Shown here in pieces: positions 49,283 through 57,938 of a stretch of 64,000 nt of DNA. Location of the stretch: contig CAMDFF010000003.1 of NCBI GenBank assembly GCA_945897315.1, positions 14,885 through 78,884 of the forward strand, written 5' to 3'. This DNA comes from a candidate division TM6 bacterium UASB124 (lineage in GTDB: Bacteria; Babelota; Babeliae; Babelales; RVW-14). Below the pieces are notes generated by a model. It saw only the letters and a list, made by a program, of their open reading frames with translations, made no database searches and was not told where the DNA came from. The translations under genes were made by a program, and so were the position numbers. Each line of letters starts with the position of its first letter. Positions within the stretch are counted from its first letter, which is position 1.

Positions 49283-49819
49283 ATGATCAAATATTTTGTA
49301 TTAGCCGTTGTAGCCGCTGTTGTGCCAAATATTAATTTGCAATCAGCAGAGCTTGAACAGCGTTGTGCAGGTTCTTTAATTGGCTGCCAAATGAGAGACT
49401 ATAGTCTGCTTGATACTAATGAAAAAGTGCACCAGCTCATTCCTGGTAATGGTAGGCAAGCAATTATGCATTTTTTTAATCATGAAACACCTTGGAAATA
49501 TCGACTGTTTAATTGTTTGAATCAGGCCTATGCGAGCCTACAGGCTCGTAATATTGATTTTGTTTTAATCAGTACAGCATCACCATTATTTTTACGAGAA
49601 CTTGTGCAGTATTATAAGCCACCGTTTCCAGTGTTGCATGATATTCATCAGCAAGTATCTTTGTTTTCTAAGGCAAAGACATTTGACGGTCCCCTACAAC
49701 AAACGACACTCTTTCTAGATGAACGTGGCTATGTGCACAAAACAGTTGTAAGCCTGGATATTAACGATCATTTGGCGCAGATACTGCTCTATGCATTCAA
49801 GCAGCCGGTAATCGGCTAG
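49283..49819 (+). CDS. Second peroxiredoxin-fold protein lacking catalytic Cys, probably exported
   Basis: DYSLLDTNEKVHQL, IMHFFNH, PFPVLHD, TTLFLDERGYV; GGAGG RBS before ATG 49283. Confidence 0.7.
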   Translation: MIKYFVLAVVAAVVPNINLQSAELEQRCAGSLIGCQMRDYSLLDTNEKVHQLIPGNGRQAIMHFFNHETPWKYRLFNCLNQAYASLQARNIDFVLISTASPLFLRELVQYYKPPFPVLHDIHQQVSLFSKAKTFDGPLQQTTLFLDERGYVHKTVVSLDINDHLAQILLYAFKQPVIG

Positions 49820-49823
49820 GAGT

Positions 49824-50315
49824 CTAACTAAGTTGTCCAGGAAGTTCCCAGATAGCATAGCCCAATGATTCAGCAAATGTTTTAGCATCTTGCGGAGTGA
49901 CTAGTGTAGTCTTATCATTGCGTAGTGGGTGTAGCCCTATTCTTTCTTGGGCAAAAATAGCGTTATCCAAAATCACTTGTACCACATGATTTTTGTCATT
50001 GAGCAACGCAAACAGGGTAACGCTGCCTGGCTTAACACCTAAAATAGTTTCAAGCTCATCAGGGCGAGCAAAGCGCAGTTCTGGGGCTTCCCATGTTTTT
50101 GCTAACATCTTGAGTTCAATTTTGGTGTCATACAGAGCACTAAGCAGGTAATACCGTTTTTTCTTATCTTTTAAAAACAGATTTTTAATACCACCGTGTG
50201 CGGGCATATTTTTTTTGATATCTCCCATCTGGTCACAGGTAAATGCGGGTGCATGTTCATGCGTCTCAAACGGGATTTTTAATTTTTTGAGGTAAGCGTA
50301 GAGTGCTTCTTCCAT
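49824..50315 (-). CDS. YbaK/PrdX (ProXp-ala) aminoacyl-tRNA deacylase
   Basis: KNLFLKDKK, LRFA, LGVKPGSVTLFAL, HPLRND. Confidence 0.88.
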   Translation of the reverse strand: MEEALYAYLKKLKIPFETHEHAPAFTCDQMGDIKKNMPAHGGIKNLFLKDKKKRYYLLSALYDTKIELKMLAKTWEAPELRFARPDELETILGVKPGSVTLFALLNDKNHVVQVILDNAIFAQERIGLHPLRNDKTTLVTPQDAKTFAESLGYAIWELPGQLS

Positions 50316-50413
50316 GACGAATATCTTTCTTTGAACTAGAAAATGATAAGTGCCAAAATCCTAGCACGCGTCATAGTTTATGCAAGATCTATCTATGTGT
50401 ATGCGAGGCTGCC

Positions 50414-52348
50414 TTACCCCTTTTTCACATAAAACGCATTGAACTTGCTGCTCAGCCATGATTCAATAACTGCAACGCCAATATTATCGAGTATGCGTAC
50501 GCGTTTATCGCTGCTCTTGAGTTTTGCATCTTTCATAAGGTGTTCTCGCTGTACGGCAACCAGAAATGGATCCCATGACAGAACCCAACCATGAAAATCA
50601 AAACAGATCCAGTCTGTTCGTTCTGGATGCGCTACTTTGAGCTCAGTTAAAATTTCGTTCCAAACGCTTACAAATGAAGCCGTGATAGGATCTTGATGTG
50701 GTAGTGCGATAACAACATTTTTTTGTGCAAGATCAAGATAGCGATTGTGATTGAAATCCAGATTAAAGATATGACGAATCATACATCGACTTAATGCATT
50801 TTCTATTTCTGGCGCTCCTGCTTCGTAAAATGCTTTTTCGCCTAATGCCGCATATGAAAGATTTCTGATTTGAGAAAGAACGCATGCAGCTAGTGCTTGC
50901 TCTTCGCCGGGGATAAAGTACTTTGCTTGGTCATAATTGATAGGGCTCAAGCGTTTACCATTCTTAATCCGGTGTGCTCTATGACGATATAAGAGCCCCG
51001 CTCGCATGTCTTGCATAAAATCATGATAAGCGGACCATGCTTTAAAGTTGCCAATATCGACAGTGGCCATAGCTTTTTGTTTCAAGATAAGATTTTCCCT
51101 GAATAGTTCAGCTATCTGGTAATTGAGGTATTTGTCAGAGGAAAAATGATCATCACTCCACCAGCAATCAGCGGCCTGTTCGCCTTCTTGTTGTTGGCTA
51201 CGTGCTGTTAAATCTTGACTGGCCCGCCAGGCTAACCGTTCGGTTTCGTCTGGGGCATTTTCCAGTAATGGCTGGTTATTATAATTAATGCCAAGCCGCA
51301 GATAGGTAAGCTTGCCAAGGCCATGCATGTACGTACTGTATCGCTTTTGCGAATATAGAGGGTATTCACATGAGCCTGTACCTGAGATAGAGGCAACCTC
51401 TTTAATACCTAAGACGTGATCCCATTTCTCTGTCCCTCCCCATGACAGAGCATAGGGCCTCGTGAGTGGCTGTAGCCAGGCAAAGCCTTGATGCGCTTGG
51501 ACAGCACCATGAAGGTAGCGGCCATCGGCTAATGTCTTGTCGCAGGGTGATGGGAAAATAGGATATTGCTCTTGCAGTAAAGCAATCAAATCATCTTTAG
51601 TTGCCAGATTGCTTTGTTCTGCGCGCTTGATTTGTTCTTTTACTTTATGTGCCATTGCTGTAGGTGTTGGTGTTCCTAGGGGCTCATAGGCTTCTGTGAT
51701 TGTTGAAAAAGCTTTCAATTTGCTGCCTATGACGCCAAGTGGCAGAGCAACGGAACTTAAAGATTCAATGTGTTCAACAGCACGAGCAAGTTCATTGCTT
51801 TGTGCCGCCTGAGTATCGATTAAAAAATAAGGGCTATAGACGAATTTTAAGTATGATTGGGCATTGGCAAGTTTATCTCCCACACGCTTTTTGCGATAAG
51901 GTATGTAATCACTTCCATCTGCACGGTAAAAATGTGGCATGACAGGTCCGTATTCAATACCCCTACGGAGAAATTGGTAGAATGGTGTTGCCTCTGGATC
52001 ATTGATTCGGTCAGTTGAAAGCAGTTCATAAAATTTCATGGTGCCTGCATGTGCACGGCCAAAACAGGTACGCTTGGTAGCATATTCAGCGGCAGGAATG
52101 TGTTCATGAAATAATGTTCGTGGTGATTTTGTTCGTTGTGCTTCTGTAAGTTCGCGACCAAATGCTTGTTGGTAAGTGGCTTTTAAATATTCTAAGCGCT
52201 TTAAATTAGCCATTGGAGCGATCATGCAAATGTCATTTGTCTGCTCCAAGAAAAGATATTTACTTGCTGTATCACCAGCGCTGATCAAACAACATTGGCT
52301 AGTGATTAAAAATAATAAAATAATGCGCGTGATACTTACCATCCCCAT
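50414..52348 (-). CDS. Hypothetical secreted protein
   Basis: 644-aa ORF with signal-like N-terminus and GAGGGAG RBS; no recognised family. Confidence 0.8.
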   Translation of the reverse strand: MGMVSITRIILLFLITSQCCLISAGDTASKYLFLEQTNDICMIAPMANLKRLEYLKATYQQAFGRELTEAQRTKSPRTLFHEHIPAAEYATKRTCFGRAHAGTMKFYELLSTDRINDPEATPFYQFLRRGIEYGPVMPHFYRADGSDYIPYRKKRVGDKLANAQSYLKFVYSPYFLIDTQAAQSNELARAVEHIESLSSVALPLGVIGSKLKAFSTITEAYEPLGTPTPTAMAHKVKEQIKRAEQSNLATKDDLIALLQEQYPIFPSPCDKTLADGRYLHGAVQAHQGFAWLQPLTRPYALSWGGTEKWDHVLGIKEVASISGTGSCEYPLYSQKRYSTYMHGLGKLTYLRLGINYNNQPLLENAPDETERLAWRASQDLTARSQQQEGEQAADCWWSDDHFSSDKYLNYQIAELFRENLILKQKAMATVDIGNFKAWSAYHDFMQDMRAGLLYRHRAHRIKNGKRLSPINYDQAKYFIPGEEQALAACVLSQIRNLSYAALGEKAFYEAGAPEIENALSRCMIRHIFNLDFNHNRYLDLAQKNVVIALPHQDPITASFVSVWNEILTELKVAHPERTDWICFDFHGWVLSWDPFLVAVQREHLMKDAKLKSSDKRVRILDNIGVAVIESWLSSKFNAFYVKKG

Positions 52349-52442
52349 CTCCCTCTAAACACTGTTCTCTTTGGCCGCCAAATTTAATGTTATTGTTTAT
52401 GGCAAGTAGTTGTAAACAATATGTCGTAAATAAGTAGTCATG

Positions 52443-52473
52443 AAAAAAGCCCCTAGAAATTTCTAGGGGCTTT
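52443..52473 (-). terminator. Rho-independent terminator after the pal-like gene
   Basis: Perfect palindrome aaagcccctagaaa|tttctaggggcttt with extended T run on the minus strand. Confidence 0.8.
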
Positions 52474-52501
52474 AAACTTTTTCTCGAAAAAGAATTGATT
52501 A

Positions 52502-53134
52502 TTAGCTAATCAACACTTCTGCGCGACGGTTTGGCGAAAGAGCCTTGATTAACTCACCGCGTTTTTGTGCATTGGAAGCAACTAGCGGACGCTCATAACC
52601 AAGTCCCATGGTTTTGATGGATTCGTTAGGAATGCCATTTTCAACCATTTCATGTCTTACTGACTCAGCGCGGCGCTGTGACAACGCAAGGTTGTACGCT
52701 GCTGAACCGATTTGACAGGTATGCCCTTCAATAACCACTTCTTTGCCATCGTTAACAGCTGTTTGAGCTAGTTGCACATCTTGCGCAACTACAGCTTGTT
52801 GGTCTGGGCGGATATTGTTTTTGTTAAAGCTGAAATGTACGGTTTTGAAAGCATAGTTTGCTTCGCGCTCAGCATCTTGTTGTGCGATGTCGCCACCGTC
52901 AACTTCTAGGTTGTTGCTTGCAACGAGTTTATCTTTTTCAAAACCAAGCTCATCATCAACAAAAGCAAGTTCTGAAATATTGTCATCAAAGAGTGCTTCG
53001 GTCTCATTGATAATTGGAATTTCAGTTACAGCAGCCATATGTTTATTTTTTGGCTTAGCGCATTTTTTGCCGCAACCAGCAACAAAAATCATAGCTACAG
53101 CGAGCAACAGGGACAGCTTATTTGTTGTTTTCAC
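52502..53134 (-). CDS. OmpA-family peptidoglycan-associated lipoprotein (Pal-like)
   Basis: Lipobox VAGC; IEGHTCQIGSAAYNLALSQRRAESV, NRRAE. Confidence 0.88.
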   Translation of the reverse strand: MKTTNKLSLLLAVAMIFVAGCGKKCAKPKNKHMAAVTEIPIINETEALFDDNISELAFVDDELGFEKDKLVASNNLEVDGGDIAQQDAEREANYAFKTVHFSFNKNNIRPDQQAVVAQDVQLAQTAVNDGKEVVIEGHTCQIGSAAYNLALSQRRAESVRHEMVENGIPNESIKTMGLGYERPLVASNAQKRGELIKALSPNRRAEVLIS

Positions 53135-53288
53135 AGGGATCTCCTTAACTATATTGGGGAATTTTCTACCTATTGCAAAAATCTTTAGGTATACTAGGGT
53201 GGTGTTTTATAAACATCTTACTTATTTTTTTTGAAAAATCTACCCAAAGCTCCTGAAAATTATTAAAAATTGTAACAAGGCACGCATT

Positions 53289-54800
53289 GTGAAAAGAATA
53301 TTGATCAACAAAGATTCATGGCAAACGCGCGTTGCTGTACTGAATAATGATCGCCTGCAAGATATATATTTCGATACGCACAATAAAGAAGATCTTGATC
53401 GATGCTTTTTTAAAGGACGCGTTTCCAAGGTGCTGCCAGGTATTCAGACAGCTTTCGTTGATATTGGTCAGCAAAAAGCAGGCTTTTTGCACATTACTGA
53501 AATTGACCGTGCTTTGGCCATGGAAAAAGTTACTGAGCATATGCAATCTGAAGATAATCGTGAAGAGCTACCTGAGCGCACGATTAAAAGCAATCTTGAC
53601 GTAGGGAAAATTTTTAGTGAAGGCGAAGAGATTTTGGTGCAAGTCATCAAAGAGCCGATTCATGAAAAAGGGGCAAAACTTTCAACCTGCTTTACGCTTC
53701 CTGGTAAGTTTTTAGTCCTTATGCCAAATATTCCACACCTTGGGGTTTCAAAAAAAATTGAAAACCGCGAAGTGCGCACGCAGCTACGTGAACTTATGCA
53801 AGCATCATTGCCACCTGGAATGGGTGCTATTGTCCGAACTACCGCTGAAGGACGCGATATTCAAGATATCGTTAAAGACTTGGCATTTTTGATTTCCACC
53901 TGGAAATCGATCCAGAAAAAATTTAAAAAAGCAGTTGCCGGCGAAAAAATTCATGAAGATCTTCCAGTTTCTCTCCGAGCTGTTCGTGATCACCTAGACG
54001 AAGAAGTCGATGTGGTGATTTGCGATGACCAAGAAGAGTTACGTTCTATTCATAAGTTTATTAAATATATTACGCCTGAGCATCTGGGTAAGTTGCGTTA
54101 TTACAGTGGGCCTCCGACGCTGTATGACCGCTATGATATTGATAATCAACTTGATAAGGCGCTGCAAAAGAAAGTTCAGTTGAAATCAGGTGGCTCTATC
54201 ATCATAGAAAGCACTGAAGCGATGACGGTTATTGACGTCAACACTGGCAAATTCACTGGAACGGGGTCGCTAGAAGAGACAATATTAAAAACTAACTTGG
54301 AAGCTGCAGACGAATTGGTAACACAGTTACGGTTACGCAACATTGGTGGTCTGATAGTTATCGATTTTATTGATATGTCGAGTGGATCAAATCGTCAGAA
54401 ATTATCACGCAATTTGGAACGTTGTCTAAAAGAAAAAGATAAATTCCAATCGGTAACATTAAAAATTTCTGAGTTTGGGCTCGTGCAAATGACGCGTAAG
54501 CGTTCGGGCAAGACTCTTTTACAGCAGCTAACGAATGTGTGTGTATCGTGCAGTGGTTGTGGCTTTTTAAAATCGGTTCCAAGTATGAGTTTTCAGATTT
54601 TGCGTACGATTAAAGAAGAAATTCGTAGCAAAGGGCTTACTGAAACTTTAACTCTTACCGTTTCTCAAAAAGTTTTTGACTACTTGATTCATCAGGAATA
54701 TCAATCTATTCTTCATCTGGAAAAAGCACTTAATTGTAAGATTATGGTTGAATCGTCTGAAAATTTTGATGACTCTCAGCACTCAATTAAAAAAATGTAA
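53289..54800 (+). CDS. rng: Ribonuclease G/E family endoribonuclease
   Basis: VLPGIQTAFVDIG, TEAMTVIDVNTG, LRNIGGLIVIDFIDM, CVSC zinc link; 503 aa. Confidence 0.9.
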   Translation: MKRILINKDSWQTRVAVLNNDRLQDIYFDTHNKEDLDRCFFKGRVSKVLPGIQTAFVDIGQQKAGFLHITEIDRALAMEKVTEHMQSEDNREELPERTIKSNLDVGKIFSEGEEILVQVIKEPIHEKGAKLSTCFTLPGKFLVLMPNIPHLGVSKKIENREVRTQLRELMQASLPPGMGAIVRTTAEGRDIQDIVKDLAFLISTWKSIQKKFKKAVAGEKIHEDLPVSLRAVRDHLDEEVDVVICDDQEELRSIHKFIKYITPEHLGKLRYYSGPPTLYDRYDIDNQLDKALQKKVQLKSGGSIIIESTEAMTVIDVNTGKFTGTGSLEETILKTNLEAADELVTQLRLRNIGGLIVIDFIDMSSGSNRQKLSRNLERCLKEKDKFQSVTLKISEFGLVQMTRKRSGKTLLQQLTNVCVSCSGCGFLKSVPSMSFQILRTIKEEIRSKGLTETLTLTVSQKVFDYLIHQEYQSILHLEKALNCKIMVESSENFDDSQHSIKKM

Positions 54801-54817
54801 TGTAAGGACATATCCCT

Positions 54818-56281
54818 ATGTCGCACGAGATAACAACGGTCTTAGACCGCTATCCTGCATATGAAGCTGTTATTGGTATAGAAGTTCATGTGCAGCTCAA
54901 GACGCAATCGAAAATTTTCTGTTCTTGTCCCAATCAATTTGGTTGCGATCCTAATACTAATATTTGTCCTGTTTGCACGGGGCAACCCGGGGCGTTACCT
55001 GTCCTGAATAAAAAAGTAGTAGAATTTGCGATGATGGCTGGTGTGGCCGCTGATAGTGATATTACGCGTACAAATACATTTGCGCGCAAGCACTATATGT
55101 ATCCTGACCTTCCCAAAAACTATCAGATTACTCAGGGTGAAGTGGCCATCTGCATGAATGGCGCAATTCCTATCAAGACTATTGATGGTCAGGATAAAAG
55201 AGTCAGATTAATTCGCATGCATATGGAAGAAGATGCCGGTAAAAATACGCATGGCACTGGTGGTATTAGTTGGGTCGATTTGAACCGTGCTGGTACGCCA
55301 TTGCTTGAAATTGTTACCGAGCCAGATATGGCAAACTCAGTAGAAGCAAAAAACTATTTAATGCGACTGCACACCATTATTCGTTATTTGGGCATCAGTG
55401 ATGCAAATATGGACGAAGGCTCATTTCGTGCTGATATTAATATTTCCGTTATGCCAAAGGGGTCAAAAACCTATGGCACACGGGTTGAGCTAAAAAATAT
55501 TAACTCATTTCGTTTTATTGTTAATGCTATTGAGTATGAAATTGAACGCCAAATCCAGGCCAATGAGTCGGGTGAAAAGATTTCCCAAGAAACGCGTCTA
55601 TGGGACAATAAGAATCAGCGTACCGTTTTTATGCGTTCAAAAGAAGATGCGCAAGATTACCGATATTTTACAGAGCCAGATTTGCCGCCGGTTCATATTG
55701 ATGACGCATGGCTTGCAGAAATTAAAACACGGCTTCCTGAGTTGCCTCATTATAAAACAGCGCGTTTTCAGCAACAGTATGGCATTTCTGCTTACGATGC
55801 CGATTTGCTGACAGAAGAGCTTGATAGGGCGATCTTTTTTGAAGAGGCTGCAAAGATATGTGGTAATGCAAAGGGCGTTTGTAACTGGATGCTGCGTGAT
55901 TTGCTTGGCTATCTGAAAGAGCATAAGCGTGAACTGCAAGAAATTCAGTTGACGCCACATGGACTCGGTGAGTTGGTTGCAGCACTTGATAGTGGCATGA
56001 TCAATAGTAAAGTAGCGCAAGATATTTTTATTGAGATGGTAGAAACTGGTAAGTCAGTTGCCGTTATTGTTGACGAAAAAGATCTGAAGCAGATTGGGTC
56101 AAGCGATGAGCTTGAAGCTATTGTTGTCGCAGTACTTGCTGCAAATCCTGACAACGTTGCAAAATATAAAGCTGGTAATGAGCGCCTATTCCCTTACTTT
56201 GTTGGTCAAGCAATGAAAGAAACTAAGGGCAAGGGCAATCCTGTTATTATGCAAGAGCTGCTTAAAAAGCACTTATCATAG
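54818..56281 (+). CDS. gatB: Asp/Glu-tRNA amidotransferase subunit B
   Basis: VIGIEVHVQL, YPDLPKNYQITQ, HMEEDAGK, NRAGTPLLEIV, DYRYFTEPDL. Confidence 0.97.
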   Translation: MSHEITTVLDRYPAYEAVIGIEVHVQLKTQSKIFCSCPNQFGCDPNTNICPVCTGQPGALPVLNKKVVEFAMMAGVAADSDITRTNTFARKHYMYPDLPKNYQITQGEVAICMNGAIPIKTIDGQDKRVRLIRMHMEEDAGKNTHGTGGISWVDLNRAGTPLLEIVTEPDMANSVEAKNYLMRLHTIIRYLGISDANMDEGSFRADINISVMPKGSKTYGTRVELKNINSFRFIVNAIEYEIERQIQANESGEKISQETRLWDNKNQRTVFMRSKEDAQDYRYFTEPDLPPVHIDDAWLAEIKTRLPELPHYKTARFQQQYGISAYDADLLTEELDRAIFFEEAAKICGNAKGVCNWMLRDLLGYLKEHKRELQEIQLTPHGLGELVAALDSGMINSKVAQDIFIEMVETGKSVAVIVDEKDLKQIGSSDELEAIVVAVLAANPDNVAKYKAGNERLFPYFVGQAMKETKGKGNPVIMQELLKKHLS

Positions 56282-57857
56282 TTTTTTCAGAAGGAGATGC
56301 GATACTCGCATCTCCTTTTTGATTTTCACACTGGTTTTCAAATATCTGGCACAACAGTGATGGTTTGTATGAATAACGTGCGATTAATGCTCGTTCATCC
56401 TGTAAAACACGTGGTACCTCAAGTACTAACAAGCGTTGGTTTTCTGTCATAATCGTTATAAATTTCTTTTTAGTTTTTGCTATGCGGGCAAAGGCAGCTT
56501 GTACATCGCTCATAGTACGCACAGGCATCCCATCAATAGTATCAAGCACATCTCCTGGCTTAATGCATCGCGCTCCATGAGCTTGTGATGTTGGGAAAAA
56601 GTGTGTTACTAGTACTCGTGGCTCATACTGGGCTTGTTGCTGTTCGTACTTATACAGATTTTTTGCGAGACTGGAATCGATTTTTTGTAGCTTTTCTAGG
56701 TGGTTAAGCGACAGCGGCATGATGACCATCCCCGCAAATACTTCATAGGGGATCGGCTCAAAGCCAGGGTACATGCGGCGAATAGCTAGTGGTGGTGTGT
56801 TGTCAAAGGTAACCGTTGTTTCTATGCGCGTACCACGTCGGTACGCAATAAGCTGTATGGATTGGCCAAGCTGAAAACGATTGAGCAAGGCATCGACAGA
56901 GACTTTATCATCGCTCCATGGGACTATCGTTTCGCCATAGGTATCTATGCGATGATCATTAATACTGTAAATCATGTCGCCATCAATCAACCCAGCTTTT
57001 TCAAGAAGAGATCCGCTGTGTATGCGGGCTAAGTAGAGACCTCCTGGTTGAGGATTACCCAAATAATCAGTAATTTGCTCAGTAGCTAAATTATGCTCAC
57101 AGCCAAGAGTAGGGGTGCGTAATAATCGTTCTTTTTGTAAACTAGTAATTAAGCTTTTGATATCGTTAATCGGAATAATATATCCAATGCTCTGGGCCGT
57201 TTTGATCCGAGAAGTATTTATACCAATTACTTCACCATTAAAGTTGAGGGTTGGCCCACCAGAGTTGCCTGGGTTCAGTGCAGCAGCAATTTGAATGTAT
57301 GGGCTATCCAAGACCATCTCCCGACCACTTACTGTGCCCTGGGTGCTTTTAAGCTTCTCTTGACCAAGAGGGTAGCCCAGGAGCAATATCTCCTGCGTAC
57401 GGACGACTTGATCGGAGTCGCCAAGCTTTAAGCATGGGATCTGTGTAATGTGCTTGCGCAGCTTGGCAAGCGATGACGAGGTAAGTTGTAGAAGCGCTAT
57501 GTCTCGATTAGGGCAGACCCCAATGACATCAACATCGAATTGTTCTTTGCCGCATGATGGTACCTGTATTTTTACACCGCAAGACTGTTCCACTACGTGG
57601 AAGTTAGTTATTAAATACCCATCAGGATCGATAAAAAAACCAGTTCCGTAGCTTTTTTTATGATCAGATAGCTTAAATGGTTGTAGCCAATTAAATGGTG
57701 CTTGCTCAGCAAAAACTTGAACTACCGTATTTTTTGCTGCTTGCTGAACCAGATGCCACGGTGATGGCCTCAGCTCTGACGGCATAACAGCAGCGCGCGC
57801 AGGAAACACAAACAAAAACCCAACAATAAATATAAAATGCAATATTTGATTCATCAT
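56262..57857 (-). CDS. Trypsin-like serine protease with PDZ domains (Deg/HtrA family), exported
   Basis: Triad TNFHVV / DIALL / GNSGG; C-terminal YEVFAGMVIMPLS; start placed at ATG 57857 after GGAGG. Confidence 0.9.
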   Translation of the reverse strand: MMNQILHFIFIVGFLFVFPARAAVMPSELRPSPWHLVQQAAKNTVVQVFAEQAPFNWLQPFKLSDHKKSYGTGFFIDPDGYLITNFHVVEQSCGVKIQVPSCGKEQFDVDVIGVCPNRDIALLQLTSSSLAKLRKHITQIPCLKLGDSDQVVRTQEILLLGYPLGQEKLKSTQGTVSGREMVLDSPYIQIAAALNPGNSGGPTLNFNGEVIGINTSRIKTAQSIGYIIPINDIKSLITSLQKERLLRTPTLGCEHNLATEQITDYLGNPQPGGLYLARIHSGSLLEKAGLIDGDMIYSINDHRIDTYGETIVPWSDDKVSVDALLNRFQLGQSIQLIAYRRGTRIETTVTFDNTPPLAIRRMYPGFEPIPYEVFAGMVIMPLSLNHLEKLQKIDSSLAKNLYKYEQQQAQYEPRVLVTHFFPTSQAHGARCIKPGDVLDTIDGMPVRTMSDVQAAFARIAKTKKKFITIMTENQRLLVLEVPRVLQDERALIARYSYKPSLLCQIFENQCENQKGDASIASPSEKTMISAF

Positions 57858-57938
57858 AAACTCCTCCATTCTCAACTTCTAGCTTACATGAGGGAGTTTA
57901 AAATTTACAGATATGAAATATATTGACTGTTTTTGCGC

